A stretch of DNA of 58,396 nt, filler included, from Sphacelaria rigidula (GCA_964200075.2; 9 parts of 9 records of this genome joined end to end with filler, not necessarily neighbours in it), one strand, 5' to 3'. Positions 23,151 through 36,560 are shown, counted from the whole stretch's first letter. Numbers and translations are program-made. Notes: generated by a model from the letters alone, not told the origin.

Positions 23151-25900
23151 TTACCAGCTAAACATCTTGTTTTCTATTATGCATTCCGCCATCACGCATC
23201 GCACAACACCATCACCGGTGCTCATGCATTATTGCTGTCAATCCACTGAGCGTGGCGGCGAAAGCCACCGAAACCCTTGTATATATTTCATTTCATGATT
23301 TAGGGACGTTTTGGTGAAACCTGAATATTGCTTTTTGCCCTCAAGAAAAAACAGAGTAGGGGAATTTTATTTCTCATTGTGGCCTACCGATTCTCCACAC
23401 CAAATTTCGAATTCCAACTCTCAAAGTTGAGATGACCCGCCTGCAACCTTCAGATCCACTTCTAGACTGGCCGAGCTCGTACTGGTATGCATTGTACAGC
23501 TTCACCACAAATCCGGCTTGGAGATTATTCAGTAGCAGTCCTAAGACAGCGAAATGCAGAAAGACACCAAGTAGGTGACGCAAACAGGTACACGCGATGC
23601 TCTCCGGCACTGAACTTTCACACCTCAGCGAATGTTATTCCAGGAATAGTTCCTGGTTACACACATATTTCACCAGAATCAGTCTGAGTATAAGCTAAGT
23701 GGATAGTTTCAATGAATTTCACGATACCTGGATACATGAATTCGCACACTGTTCGTGTTGTCGGGTAGTCAGACCAACAGATAAGTCCCACGTCGCCCGT
23801 GAAACTCACTGGGCCACCGCCGTCTACGGAATGTTTCGACAATCTATCGCAGGACTTTCCGTAGTAGAACCTGCAAAATATGTTACTACGGTGCCGCACG
23901 TCCTAGTCGACAAATCACAGTCGAACACTCGCTGAATGTTGCTAGATTGAACATCGTAAAAAAAAGGGACGCAAAATCCATGGACGTGTGACTGATTTAG
24001 ATTGGTTGATCGTTGTTTCTTTCTGAATTTTTCTTTTGTTTTTATTTGTCGCACGTTGAACCCCTCCCCTTCCTGGGGACGAGTCTGTGGGCTCAAGGGA
24101 TCAACCCATCTCTCCCCGGTACAGACTTGAATCCAGCAGCAGTAGTGACAGGATAGACGCACCCAAGGTAAGTGAACGGAACACTACCCAAGGGAAACTC
24201 GAGAAGGGGTAACGATGAATAGGAAGAGAGGGTATCTACGGAGAAAAATTGGGAGGGGAAGAAATGAGAGAGCAAAAATTAAAGAGAATAGGCGAGAAAA
24301 AACGAGTAAAACGCTAAAATAAGGTCTTGTACTGATCTTGAGAAAAAATCCCCGGCTGGCCCCTGCCGCACGGCTTCAGAGAACAGGAACGTACAAAAAC
24401 ACATCGATGCCGGAACGAAGACGAAGACGACGACGAAAATAAAACAAGAACAAAGAATAAGAACGAAAAGAAGCAGCAAAAGAGAAGAAAAGAAGCCAGA
24501 GATGGAGGGGGGAAAAGCAAAGAGGGGAGCAGAGAGGGGAGCAAAGAGACAGAGACAAAGACAGGGTCAGAAAGAGAACGCAGAAAATAGAAAATAAAAA
24601 GAGAGAGAGAATGAATCGAGAGACAATACAGAGCAGGAACAGGAGACACAAGTAGGGAGCATCACTAAAGTGGCAAATCAACGAAAAAAGAGGTCAGCAA
24701 CCGATAGGATGAGACAGGGTTATCAGCTTCAGTGCTACCCCTCGCCTGCCCCCCCCCCCCCCTTTCCCCCTTCATTCCATGTCAGGAGCACAACACGAGC
24801 CCCTCTCCCGACCGTTTCCATCTTGGTTCTCAAGGCTGACCGGAGTCTTTGGGACTCTTACGTGTGCTACCGCATAATTTCGAACAAACGTCAGTCTTCA
24901 TCACTGCCATGTGCGATGGAGTTGCCTTAGTCGAGAAGGAACACCTAGCCGTTGGCACGGCGGTAAGACCGTGTTCAGATTTCGATCGGCCGGCAAGATT
25001 CAAGATCCGCTCTCACCATGTTCTCATTTCACGACAGGTGGCATATATCTCCGTCCCTGCGCTATGCCCTTGCCCCCCACCCTTGTCCCTCCACCTTGAA
25101 GGAATACACCTTGGCCGAGAACATCATGAAAACAGTACAAAGGCCTCTACTAGCAGCAGCAGCATTATTAGCTGCAGGAATCACTCAACGAGGACGATGT
25201 GCGAGAGGTGAACCGATCGCTTTGCGCACCCTTTCCACATATAGCGTGTGGCGTAGTCTCCGAGCAACTCCCGTGTGGCGTAGTCTCTGGACAACTCCAG
25301 AACCTCAGCCGCCTCGCTGGATTTTATGCACAAATTCAATTTAATATTTCCAACTCGCTGTCAACTCGTGACAATCTCTCGAGCTAGTGCACACCCTTGC
25401 TCAGAGCCCCGTGACATACTCTCAACACGAAAATCAACCGTAGTTCCACAGGTCTGACTATGGCTGGCAGGTGTAATTGGTTACATTTAGAGTAACCCTC
25501 CCCCACCCCCCCAATTTCATCTAAAGTGACAGATTAGGGTATACCGCACTTCTTCGCTCTCTCATGCCCCTTGCTGGTTTCAATTTACATGGCACGCTCA
25601 CTCATCGCACGACCACGTATACCACAGAGGCAGCGAATATCAATACGTACAAAACACCTACAAAATCTCCCTGAGCTTGTCCCAATATCGCCATGCTTTG
25701 CTCGCAATCGACCACATTATCTGCTGCGATCGCCTAGCCAGGAAAGACCCAAAACGAATAGCACTCCGCATACATGATGTAGACAAGATTGTACCCTCCA
25801 GGAGCACGAGGACAAAATATTTCTGATACTTCATTTTATTATTATTATTATTTATTATTATATCCATCAAATTAGCTCGATCTCTCGAACCCGTGGTCAC

Positions 25901-26000
25901 NNNNNNNNNNNNNNNNNNNNNNNNNNNNNNNNNNNNNNNNNNNNTTAATTAATTAANNNNNNNNNNNNNNNNNNNNNNNNNNNNNNNNNNNNNNNNNNNN
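25901..26000. other. Artificial contig linker
   Basis: Identical 100-nt linker. Confidence 0.98.
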
Positions 26001-27042
26001 TAATTCATGGAAAAACGACAAAAACAAACAAAAAAAAAGCACGCCCCCCCCCCCCCCCCCCCGATGCATAAGCGTGGGAGACAAGAAATCAAGGAAGCAC
26101 AAATCGCCGCGCCACGGTGCTCTGAATTAAAGTGGTGCGACTGACACCACTACGGCGGGGAAGCCGAGGGTTCGATTCTAGCCAGATGCGCCTAGTTTGG
26201 CTTTTTTCCTCATGAATAAATTAATGATAAAATTAAAAATAACGATACATATATTTTTACTGTATATATATATATATATATGTCTGATTCCCGTCGTTGA
26301 AAGCATGAAGAACTACGCGAGGAGCAAAAATAATCCGTTTTGCTGGGTTTGTTAGACGACGATCGACGCGGTCCGTGCGTGCTGATCCAATTCGCGATAT
26401 CACAATGTAAGACGTGTACTATACCTGGGACTCGTGCCGAGGAAGTTGAGAAGCTAGAAGTGAGGAAAATATGCATATGAGTTTACATTGATGGCGTCAC
26501 TCTGTGATACGTTCGTGTGTAGTGAGCATGTAGCGCTGAATCATGTGTATCGATACAGGATAAAGAGATCAACGAACGAGTCACAGGGTACCAATGACAG
26601 CACTGTACAGACAGCGTGAAAAGATAGGATTAAACGATTACTTGCTGCAGTTTTCGTATTTGTTTTCGCTCAAATCTGCCAGCATTGCCCCCACCAAGCA
26701 AAGCTCGGCCAAGGGGAACCACTGCTTCAGCCGTGCTTTGAACAATTAGTTCGAATGACGTACAGCCTGTAGTACAGTGCCGAAATCGATACGGAGCGTA
26801 CAACCCGTGCCACCATCATTGTGTCAAATATCTGATGCAAAAGTTACAGTTTGCCACTAGTGGGATCGCGGGGAGGAGCCCCACTCTTGTGTTCTAGGTA
26901 GGTCGGTATGTGGATGTGTGTGCGTGTGTGCGTTTCCATGTGTGACGCTCCCACTGTTTCCGGTGGTTTCAACGCATGTTTCCTCGTGAGAGTGCCGATA
27001 AGCACAACTACACTGTCGTTACTCACCGTTCCGAGAACCCAC

Positions 27043-27173
27043 CTGTTTTGCTCTGACAAGGAGTAAACCAACTGAGGGAGGATCTCGTTCCCAACCACCG
27101 CCTCGGCGAGGTCGTCGCTGTAATTCGCCAGTCGCCCCAGTGCCAGAGCTGCCGACTGCTGGATACTTGGCAC
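27043..27173 (-). CDS. SPAG6: SPAG6/PF16 coding exon 2 (rest of gene lies beyond the contig end at 26001)
   Basis: aaatag|GTG ... AAC AG|gtgggt, 131 nt. VPSIQQSAALALGRLANYSDDLAEAVVGNEILPQLVYSLSEQNR is in frame with exon 1. Confidence 0.95.
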
Positions 27174-27830
27174 CTATTTGACAAAAAAAGTGGTTGACAC
27201 CGCAGTATAGTTCACCCCTAACTCGCGTGTGCGGGTCTTCCTCGATGAGCTTAAAAACGGGTATCAGTATGTAAAAGTGGAGACAAAAACAAACCGCAAG
27301 AAACGTTGACGTCCAACCCGGGCAGCATCATTGCAAGCTAACAAACTTGTGTTCTGGAGTCTTCCTGAAGAGGGCAGGGTAACTAACCCAAAGCTTCCAC
27401 CACGCGAGACCAAGACTGCGCCGCAAGTGGCGCCTGCTAAGCGGACGTGTTCCAGTAAAATAGTCTTGTGTGTAGTAACACACTGTCCAGCATTCAACAT
27501 TGGGTACTATAGTGGTCTAGTTACCGCCTTGTTTTGGTCGAAACCAAAGCCTTGCAATAAATGATCAAGCCGCACTATTTCGATGATACGCCCTGGGAGC
27601 TGTGCAACTCGTACGTTGTTTTTCAGGCTGAGCAGAGCTGTGGTCGTTCAGAGCGTGCAGAGGTTCATTCTAAAAATGAGTGTATCGTTTGCACAACGGG
27701 TACCTTGAGTCGAGTTGGACGGGAGCCCGTGCAACTACATATGTGGTGACCCATCTTGCGCAATCGACACTACCGTACACAATATTGCTACAACTCGCAC
27801 AGATGGAAAAGTTGTTGCGATAAGAAGGGC

Positions 27831-28067
27831 GCCGCGATAGCTCCCCCCAAAAATCAGCCCCAAAACTGTCACGAAGAATATGGCCATACAGCGTATGATA
27901 GCTGACTTCGGAGTGCAAAAAGCGCCTCATATGGGCGATAATGGGGAACACTATCCCAAGCATGAGAGCTTCCAGCTGCTCGGTGTGCTCGACTTCCGTC
28001 ATTTTGATTTTTCATGTAGATTTTCCCTCCCCAAACCAGCCACTTTTCTGGGGGGGGCTATCGCGGC
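27831..28067. mobile_element. MITE-like element in SPAG6 intron 1
   Basis: Inverted ends GCCGCGATAGCTCCCCCCAAAAA and TTTTCTGGGGGGGGCTATCGCGGC. Confidence 0.65.
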
Positions 28068-29201
28068 ATCAGTCGTCTGTTGTGAATATGATTGAAGGTA
28101 TACCGTAGGTCATAAATAAGACTCAATCGTATGTTTTTACAGACTTGCGGGAGAATAATGGTGGCCTTCAACCGGACGAGTTCCACACTTTTTCTTCGGA
28201 GTATACGCATACGGCATCATAACACATAACAGGCCGCGTATCATCGATTTCATGCATGAACTTGAAAAGACTGAATCGACTGGGAGTGCAAAGGTGTCGC
28301 AATAACCGCAAAGGCTCTCAGTAGGCGCTGACAGAGTGGCTCCGAGCATACTGACATCCTTACCAAAGTTCATCCTGGTGTCGGTCCAGGCGGTTGAGTC
28401 TAAAGATCGAAATCTCGTTTCACCCCAGGGTTCTCATCCCTGTCACCAACGCTTACACAATATAGGGTGTTTAATGCTTATTCTGGCATAGCGCGATTGC
28501 ATCGGGTCACCACGGTGTGCTCTTCAATCATGAAGTCGGCTAAAAATGATCGTGGGGAGAATCGATCTACGGGACAAAAACCAGGGCTGAATCGGTTGAT
28601 ATGTGATTTCACTCACATCAACGATAAGTAAGGTTGTACCCTGTCCAAGCCTTTTGGACTCAAGTCCTGTGTGCGGGTGCTACTGCCCGTGTACTCAATG
28701 TCCGGTGAAGGGGACCTCATGAGTCGAAACCGAAGCGACATGCCGTGTAAGTGCGAATCATCGCACAACGTGCGATCGCTTTTCAAAATTGTCTCTATCT
28801 TGCTTCTTTATTGGACCCCAATGCGATGACTCCGACCCCTGTGCGGAATTCGAATCGGATCATCTGGTTTACAACACACGTCTGTGCGATAACGCCGACG
28901 CGTGCGATGCGGAGTAAATCATACCGTCGTCGATACTATTTTTTAGCCTCACCCCTGTGCGACAGCTCCGATTCGTGCGATACTGAACAGGTATGTACCT
29001 CGCAACCTCACGCCCGAAAAAGTAAAATCTCGGTCGGAGTCATCGCACAGATGCGATGACTCCGACTCCTTTGAGAAAGCCGGAGTAAATTTTCCCCAGC
29101 TTGTCTTTTTTCATCGCACAGACGCGATAACTGCGACCTGTGTGATACCTCCAACTTGTGCGATGACTCGCGCTATTACCGGCAGTAGGAGTAAAACTCA
29201 C

Positions 29202-29360
29202 GTTATCGAGAAGGAGTGGCCTGAGCAGCTGCATTACCCCGGCGTTCTGCATCACCTCGATGTTCTGCGGCCTGGTAGCTGCCTCGGCCACCGCCTGCAC
29301 GAATGTCACCCGCGCCCGCTGATAAGCCTCAAAGTGCTGAAGCACCGACACTCCACTCAT
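29202..29360 (-). CDS. SPAG6: Sperm-associated antigen 6 / PF16 (axonemal central-pair armadillo protein), coding exon 1
   Basis: MSGVSVLQHFEAYQRARVTFVQAVAEAATRPQNIEVMQNAGVMQLLRPLLLDN, 159 nt, donor AAC|gtgagt. Closely matches the SPAG6/PF16 N-terminus. Confidence 0.95.
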
Positions 29361-30451
29361 CCTTGCAGCCCTCGATGATGATAGTTCCCCGTGCTTCTGC
29401 TATTCCAAACTGTCCTCCAGATATCGGTTTCACATATAGCCCTTTTGCCTCTTTCGACCTCAGATCCCCCACGTGGTTTCGGGGCGCTGAGCAAGGGGGA
29501 AGATGACCTCAATGGGGTGGCCTTGAAACCTGTCAGCGCGAAGCACGATCAAAACTCGGTATAGCTACAGCCGTCTGTCCGTGCCGTTTGTCGGTTGATG
29601 GCACACACACGGTCGAGGACACACACGCGTGACGTACGTGTCTTGTGCTGCAAGCCTGTTTTCCGCAGTACGAGATCTAGTATTTTCTCAATTATACCCA
29701 GGAAGCGCATGCCAGCGCATGTTGCAAAAAATGCACGGGCAACCGCGAACAGCAGTTTATTGATGATCCCTACGCATGATCCCGGAGGTATGTTCGTCAT
29801 CATCATAAGCTGTTACTAAACAGTGCAGGACAAGAACCCCGAGGCAAGAACATCTCAAGTCCGTCCGCCGTTTACCGTTCGTTGTGCTTCCGAGACATGA
29901 ACTCAACACCCCCTGCTGATGACAACCGTCCAGAGTCCAGCGTAATTTCCCCGAGAGAGGAGAGTCTGCACTATCAAAAGAGCCGTCACACAGATACATT
30001 CCGACAAGTTGTTATCAACGGCGCAGGTTTTGTTGTCGCTTGAACCGCCGTCTTCGAGAAAATCGACATAGAAAAGTTGCACAACCACATATCCGGGGGG
30101 TGTTATATGTGTACATCTAAAACCCACTTGTTATGGTATGCGGTGGGTTTTGGTTGAACACATGATGACACGGAGTTTGTTCTTATGGTCAGTACTAGAG
30201 ATAGACGCTAGCAAGCCTCTCAGCGTACCTTCTGTGACGAGCTACGTAGTGCTGCGATGGTATGCTCTGTTTGTCGCTCTCGTGGCCGGGGAGGCTATAG
30301 CATCGTTAATGTTAGCTCTGGATGATGGACTGTCAAACCGACGAGGTGATTGCGCCGCACTGTCGTATGAGATGGCGGTTACGAACATAATTACGCCGCG
30401 AACACGAGTTTAGCAGCGCTTTCAAAGCTCAGCCCCGCAAGCGAGCGAAGC

Positions 30452-30517
30452 ATGCTGGACCCAAGGGACGATGCCCAAGCATACATCGATGAAAATAACA
30501 TCAACAAGCTGTTCCAG
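30452..30517 (+). CDS. First exon of a probable RIIa/DPY30-type dimerization-docking domain protein (EFCAB10-like)
   Basis: ATG...CAG|gtgttg, 66 nt: MLDPRDDAQAYIDENNINKLFQ. Fits the A-x-x-Y-[IL]-x-x-x-x-I-x-x-L-F start of docking domains. I found no second exon before the contig end. Confidence 0.6.
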
Positions 30518-31250
30518 GTGTTGTATTGATAGACAAACCGAAATCTTGCATGCCGTGATCACTCGCCGTCATCGTCAGACATGTCGAGGACGTATCATTC
30601 TATATCACTTACTGTACATCCTGCCTGAACCAACACAGCGAACAAAAGGCTACGGTAGACTACAACAGTACACTCACTACAAATACAACAATATCCATTT
30701 AACTGTAAAATTACGTCAATACGGTACAGTGATTACGATACGATAGAGTTTCGGAAAACGCTTTTTTCTCATTTTAGAGAGCAAATATCTCAGGATCAGA
30801 GTGCAGAATTGAAATAAACACCTCATCGAAAAAAGTTAAGGGGAGATACTCGTATCATTTTTTGACGGAGCGGGGAATAATTTTTCGCTACACTTTGATC
30901 TTGAGATATATTTGCACCCTGATATAAGAAAAAGACATTTTCGGAAACTCTCCAACATCCATTCAAGATTCCAATCTTGAAGCGACCCTCGCTGTTTAGT
31001 TTGGAACCTACATACCAAACATCCAACTCATGTTCACTGGCCGCTGACAGGAGTGACAAGACACAAGACACGAAACAATTCCAGAAGTTGAGTTGCTGGT
31101 AGCACTAGGAGTTTTAAATGCGATAGTACTGCACGAGCCAGGCGTTCACTCTGTGCCGTATGTTATTGTACCCGTGCGAAGGTTGAATTTAACTGTGCAT
31201 TGCTGCAAGGGTACGAACTGGGCCAGCCGAGAGGCAGATTTGAACTTTGC

Positions 31251-31521
31251 AGGCCCATGCTCCGCCCAATATTTAGAGTTGGAGCGTAAAATTTGGTATG
31301 GACAATGCGTAGGGCATGAAAAAGGAATTACGTCGGTACCATTTTTTTTTTCCATGAGTTATGGGCATTTTACTGATACCTGAAAACTGATTATTGCCCT
31401 TAACTCATGAAAAAGAAACAAAAATCTAATGTTACCGACGTAATTTTTTGGTTCATATCCTATGCATTGTCCATTCCAAATTTTACGCTCCAACTCTAAA
31501 TATTGGGCGGAGCATGGGCCT
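31251..31521. mobile_element. MITE-like palindrome with ~90-bp inverted arms
   Basis: AGGCCCATGCTCCGCCCAATATTTAGAGTTGGAGCGTAAAATTTGG and its exact reverse complement ending at 31521. No clear TSD. Confidence 0.8.
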
Positions 31522-32400
31522 TTTAAAAACCGGGTCGGTAGAAATTCGGAACAGTATTTCGCAGGCCACTCACTAACCCACGTTTGGTTTTCGTGTCTTG
31601 AAATTTTGTGTGGGCGCTCTCTAAGGCATAATTAACAAAACTCGGTTGGTCAGTTTTTTTAAAATATTTTTTTCACTGGTTTAGAGCATTCTAGTATGGT
31701 AAAGACCATTTCTTCACGAGAACGCCCTAACCTCTACGAAAAAAATATCAAGGTCCATTTTTTTTTATTCGGCCTACTTTTGTGGTTCTCCATGCTGAGT
31801 TTCAAGTCACAATTATAGAAATTGAGCTAAAACATTGAGATAAGGCCTAAGAGCAATGTTCATTTTCCCTCAAAACTCCACTAAAAACACGGAAGAAAAA
31901 TGAAGAAACAATAAAAACAGGGGAAAAGGTAACAAGCAGTTTTTATTTCTTTTTATTATGCACTAGCGGTTCACCACACGATATTTTATAAAGCAGCTCT
32001 CAAAAACTGAGACGCGATATCCAGATTTAGGGCATCTGGTGCCTCTGCTCGTAATATATTGATTTTAGTATAGAAAACTTTGTGCGCCATATCTCGGGAT
32101 AGATGACGAATTAGGTGAAGGTGAGGGTATCTATCGCCTCCCCGTGCCCCAGAGAATGTCCACACCAAAAATCGTCGTCATCCGCTCAATGCATCGATCG
32201 GGGGGTTCATAGAGATTTTGGTATGGATGTCATCTCCGTTAGGTATGTAGGAATTACTAGACATGGGGTTTAATCAATCAGAAAATATGGGCCCAAACTT
32301 TTGAGCAGATGGGCATCTTCCCCTTGGTTAGACAGTTAATACGATATGCGGATCACGGCCCAACTCGTCTATGTCGATGAGATACTGCTTTTAGAGCTTA

Positions 32401-32500
32401 NNNNNNNNNNNNNNNNNNNNNNNNNNNNNNNNNNNNNNNNNNNNTTAATTAATTAANNNNNNNNNNNNNNNNNNNNNNNNNNNNNNNNNNNNNNNNNNNN
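32401..32500. other. Artificial contig linker
   Basis: Identical 100-nt linker. Confidence 0.98.
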
Positions 32501-32572
32501 CCCCCCCGTCTTTCCCCCCCCTCCCCCCCCCCCCCCCCCCCCCCCCGCTCGAACCCGGATCCGTTGCAACCA

Positions 32573-32613
<41 letters not shown>

Positions 32614-32909
32614 ACTCATAATCTTGCATGCCTAGTAATATGACCAGTGACCTCGCATCCCAACAGAGCTAGGACGGAGCACGCTGGATTTTCGCCGGAC
32701 CACGCTCGCAATCAATCACAAAGCGCGAAGCGCCGTGGTGTATTTGGCGAGTCGCATGGATGGTGAGCTGCATCCTGCTATGATTGTTCGGCCCGAAGCG
32801 CACTGGTTATACTGCATATGAATGATAGCCTCCAATGAGTTAAATCACTTTCTGGTACTGCAAGAGGTAGCCACGGCTTATGCACTCCTCATGGTTGTCT
32901 TACCATTTG

Positions 32910-33160
32910 ACCACTGCGTAGTACGATCATCCCCTTCGCGCGTGGTTGAGGTTCTCCCATCCCGCTCAACATGATGTAGCTCGACCACCATCATGGTTAC
33001 TCCCCAAAAACACAAACGCCCGAAAAAATCGGTAATCGGTTGCCTGATAGCTTACGCAGGGAGTGGCGTGTTCTAGAGCGTCATCGCCAACCGACGCCAA
33101 CCCCCTAGGGGGTCCGCCCATACAACGCCGGGACGGAGCATGCGGGGTTTTTGCGGGGGG
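32910..33160 (-). repeat. Dispersed repeat, reverse-complement copy of 51645-51897
   Basis: Shared AGCTCGACCACCATCATGGTTAC and GCGTCATCGCCAACC.ACGCCAACCCC blocks. Confidence 0.8.
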
Positions 33161-35210
33161 AGGCCGCGCGGGGGGTGGGTGGGGGAGGGGGATGCAGCAG
33201 CTAATGTCGGTCGTGCGGCTGGCGGCGCTGGGTTCGCTTGCCAAAACCGGTAGAAGTGGGGCATGTGGCGCATTAGAATAGCGTGTTTACCAAGCGGTAC
33301 GTCGTCATCGCGGCATTACAAGTCCCACAGAAGCGCAGTACCGCGATAGGTGAAAACGCAGGTACGTACCCCAAACGCGCGAAATTGCGCGGCGAGACAT
33401 TTTTTTTCCGATATGACTCTGCGTTCATGTTAGATCATTCACGCTCTTCTGTGATGCCCAAAATTGTTTCCATGGAGAAATTCTATGTTGTTCAAGATGA
33501 CGCGTAGCGAACGGGATGGCCCTCATTTCAGCGTAAACGCTAGCGGGAGAGTTGATGCACCGAGATCGGATACGTTTGCCCAACCACATGCCTACTCAAG
33601 CCGCAATGTGGAACACGAACATGCGAGATGAAATACGCGAGGAGGTAATTCCAAGAGGTGGACCAAGCAGGCGAGCCCTTTCTTACCGCGTCAATGGTTC
33701 TGAGCAACCAACTGGGCTTAGTAGAGTGTGCAACTGACACCAGACTGCATGCGTGAAAATGTAAAAATGGGATTCTGCTACGTAAGTGCGCGGCGAAATT
33801 GCAGCACAGAGGAAACGGTTGACGGTGAGACGAGCTGTGTGACGCCAGATCGGTGAATAGTGATCGGTTTGACACGACAACCCCGACACGTACCGCGTTG
33901 AAGTGTAAATGGGCAGGTACCAAAGGAGAGGGGCAGGGTCATCCCCGCAGAGCAGTTGCTTAGTTACAAACATCATAAGAGTGTTGCACCGTGATGGCGC
34001 ACTGCGGGGTACTTGGTGAGATAGAATAGGTTGAATGTAAGATGGCGTTAAGGCGAAATTTGAAATTTGTTCCGTATTGCGCATTCTTGCTGTACGGCCT
34101 ACCTGCTAACCACAAGTAGCTTACACAACTTGACCTTGGCCCATCCTCAACAGAGCTGTACGCTACCGATGCAAGCAATTTGTATAAAGGGTGGACAACT
34201 GAACTGCTGTAAGGAACTGAGCAATGAAGGCACTTGGTGCGCATGCTTCCGACGTGATACCACAAACATCAGCTGACGGGGTGAAAACTACCGAAGCGGT
34301 TCTCAGCTCGGAAGTTCATGCATTTATGCCCGATATTACCTTCAGTGTTCGGTCCCACAATTTTGCGAAGCCTACTGCAGCGCTTGTATTGTACTACAGA
34401 CATGGATATTGACGTTTAAAGGCGCACGAAACTCACCTGTCAAGTGCAAGCAATCTTGCCGGCAATCTATCTCCGGTACCCACAAACCAACAGTGTTTGT
34501 ATATCGTGCTCTCAAGAGGGACGTCGCCCTTACCGCCAAATGCGCGCTTTGCTTGGTAGTTGTGTTTCATACCCTGCTTTTGACTTTCAGACCCGTTGTC
34601 AAAAGTTCCTCTTGAGGTGTTCCTGATGAGGAGAGTCCAAGATTTATTGGATCTGCCGGATCGGCAATACTGTACAGCAGCAGCACTTTCTATTGCCATT
34701 GCCGTACTGTTCTTTAAAAATGCATAGTATCATCGCGCACGCACTCTTGTGCTCCGTGTGGATGGTGACAAATATCATGAGATGAGACGACTCGAGGTGC
34801 GCTCGCACCGTATGGTGACGGTTTATGACACCTGGCTGGTACACCTTACGCTTGTTAAAACAATTGAAAGTCCCGCAGCGTTTTTCACTCTCAAGGTATA
34901 TCCTTATTGCAAGGGCTTGAAAATTCACTTCCGGTAATCACTGTGGGCTCGAAATAACTCGAGGTCGCACAATCAAGACGTCGCGTTTTATGCAGGGTGT
35001 TATACGCCGTATAACACTCCCGAGTCCGGAGTATTGAATGTGACATCAGTCCAGACAAGCTCCAGACCGTACACTGGTACGGTTGTTGTACATCAAGTGT
35101 ACCACTAACTGATTGAGAGTGAACGTGGCAAGATGCGTTTCCAAAGTTGGGTAGGAGGCGCGGCTGTAGTTTTTGCGACAGCCTTCATCTCTACGATTTC
35201 CACTATAGAT

Positions 35211-35638
35211 GCGGTGAGTGGTTTTTTTCATTCTTGTGTTGATGTGAAAAGAATACACGATGGGTAGCAGTGATCGTGCGGCCTTATCGTGTTCTGGCGC
35301 AGCACGTGACGGGGTATAACACCCTCCCAAAGTAGTCGTTTCTAATTTTTTCACCCCCGAAAACTCTGCCCACCTCGAAATGCCATACGTTGGAATGTTG
35401 CGAAGAATCAGTCGCATCTTAACCAATCAATGAGAAACGGTGAGTGGATTTATTCATTATTGTGTTTATGTGAAAAAAAGACACGATGGGTAGCAGTGAT
35501 CGTGCGGCCTTGTCGTGTTCTGGCGCAGCACGTCACGACGTATAACACCCTCCCAAGTCGTTTCTAATTTTCATGCTCACCCCCGAAAACCTTGCCCACC
35601 TCGAGATGCCATACGTTGAAATGTTGCGAAGAATCAGT
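35211..35638. repeat. Local tandem duplication of about 200 bp (35211-35412 and 35438-35638)
   Basis: Both units contain ACACGATGGGTAGCAGTGATCGTGCGGCCTT and ATGTTGCGAAGAATCAGT. Confidence 0.9.
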
Positions 35639-35999
35639 TCAATGCTGTGCCTTTCAAGATATGCTCTGACTTTCAATCGAAAAGCAAGGCTGAATTTGAA
35701 TTGTGCATGTACAACCTCACCGACTGTACGAGGGAGGACAGGACGCGTAGTGCAGCTATAATAGTACTTTGAATCGCGAGGAGGGCGGACCACCGGGTGC
35801 CATGTGTGGGCAGATGTGACGTTTTCGCTGAAATACGGATACACGTATTTCGAGTATTGTATCAGCATATTCTCACCTACCCAAGTACAGCGGATAACCA
35901 TTTAATATTATCATACGAAGCCTGCGGGTGGATTTTGCGACTGCGTGTCTCATAGCCCTTGGTCATCCCCTCACATTTTTGATCATACGGGAATATGTT

Positions 36000-36135
36000 T
36001 GTGTGGGTGTGGGTGTGGGTGTGTACGTCTGTGTCGTTATCTCATCTACTCTGAACGCCAGTCTACACCCTTCGGTGTATGCGGGCGCATCAGCCGCGGT
36101 CAGACAGGAGGAAGGTCAACACAGGAGTTTCTTAG
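36000..36135 (-). mobile_element. SINE family A, 5'-truncated inverted copy
   Basis: Reverse complement of the 3' body (CTGAACGCCAGTCTACACCCTTCGG) with a GT-rich tail. Confidence 0.65.
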
Positions 36136-36196
36136 CATCATCCTTGTAACACCCATAAGAAGAACTCTGCGCCGTTCTTAGGTGTTAGACTGAGCC

Positions 36197-36560
36197 GGTC
36201 GCCCCGGCGGCTCAGTTGGTAACCTCGAAACATTTTGACGGATGGGTCGGGGGTTCCACTCCTGGTGCACTCTCACGATTTGGGATTTTTTCTGACACCA
36301 TGCCCAACAGTGGAGAGTGACCATGTCGTGGGTACAAAGACATTCGACTAACGGTCGACGAGGGAAAGGGTTCGCTGAGCCCCTCTCGCGATGAAAAACA
36401 AGGCAAACACCGCAGAAGGAAGGTGAAGCATAAAAACAGAAGAAAAAAGAAAAAGCTCCTGCGTTGGCCTTCCTCCTTTGTGACCCCGGCTGATGCCCCC
36501 ACTTATACCGAAAGGTGTAGACTGGCGTCCAGAATAGAGGTGATGACATCACACCCACAC
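36197..36560 (+). mobile_element. tRNA-derived SINE family A, copy 1
   Basis: A box GGCTCAGTTGG and a degenerate B box. Body and 3' GAAAGGTGTAGAC.GGCGTCCAGAAT are shared with the other copies. CA-rich tail. Confidence 0.75.

Noticed and set aside
24279..24681. Hydrophobic Phe/Leu/Ser-rich 'membrane protein' ORFs
   Set aside because: They are the reverse complement of a purine-rich low-complexity tract.
19501..25900. Downstream SPAG6 exons (expected RFYKKAAAFVLRAV... onward)
   Set aside because: None found. This segment is a different contig, so their absence is not evidence of pseudogenisation.
36197..36275. Functional tRNA genes at the SINE heads (also about 26110-26190, 40246, 40842)
   Set aside because: A and B boxes are present but I could not form a cloverleaf or acceptor stem. 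The family A heads run into a shared repeat body.
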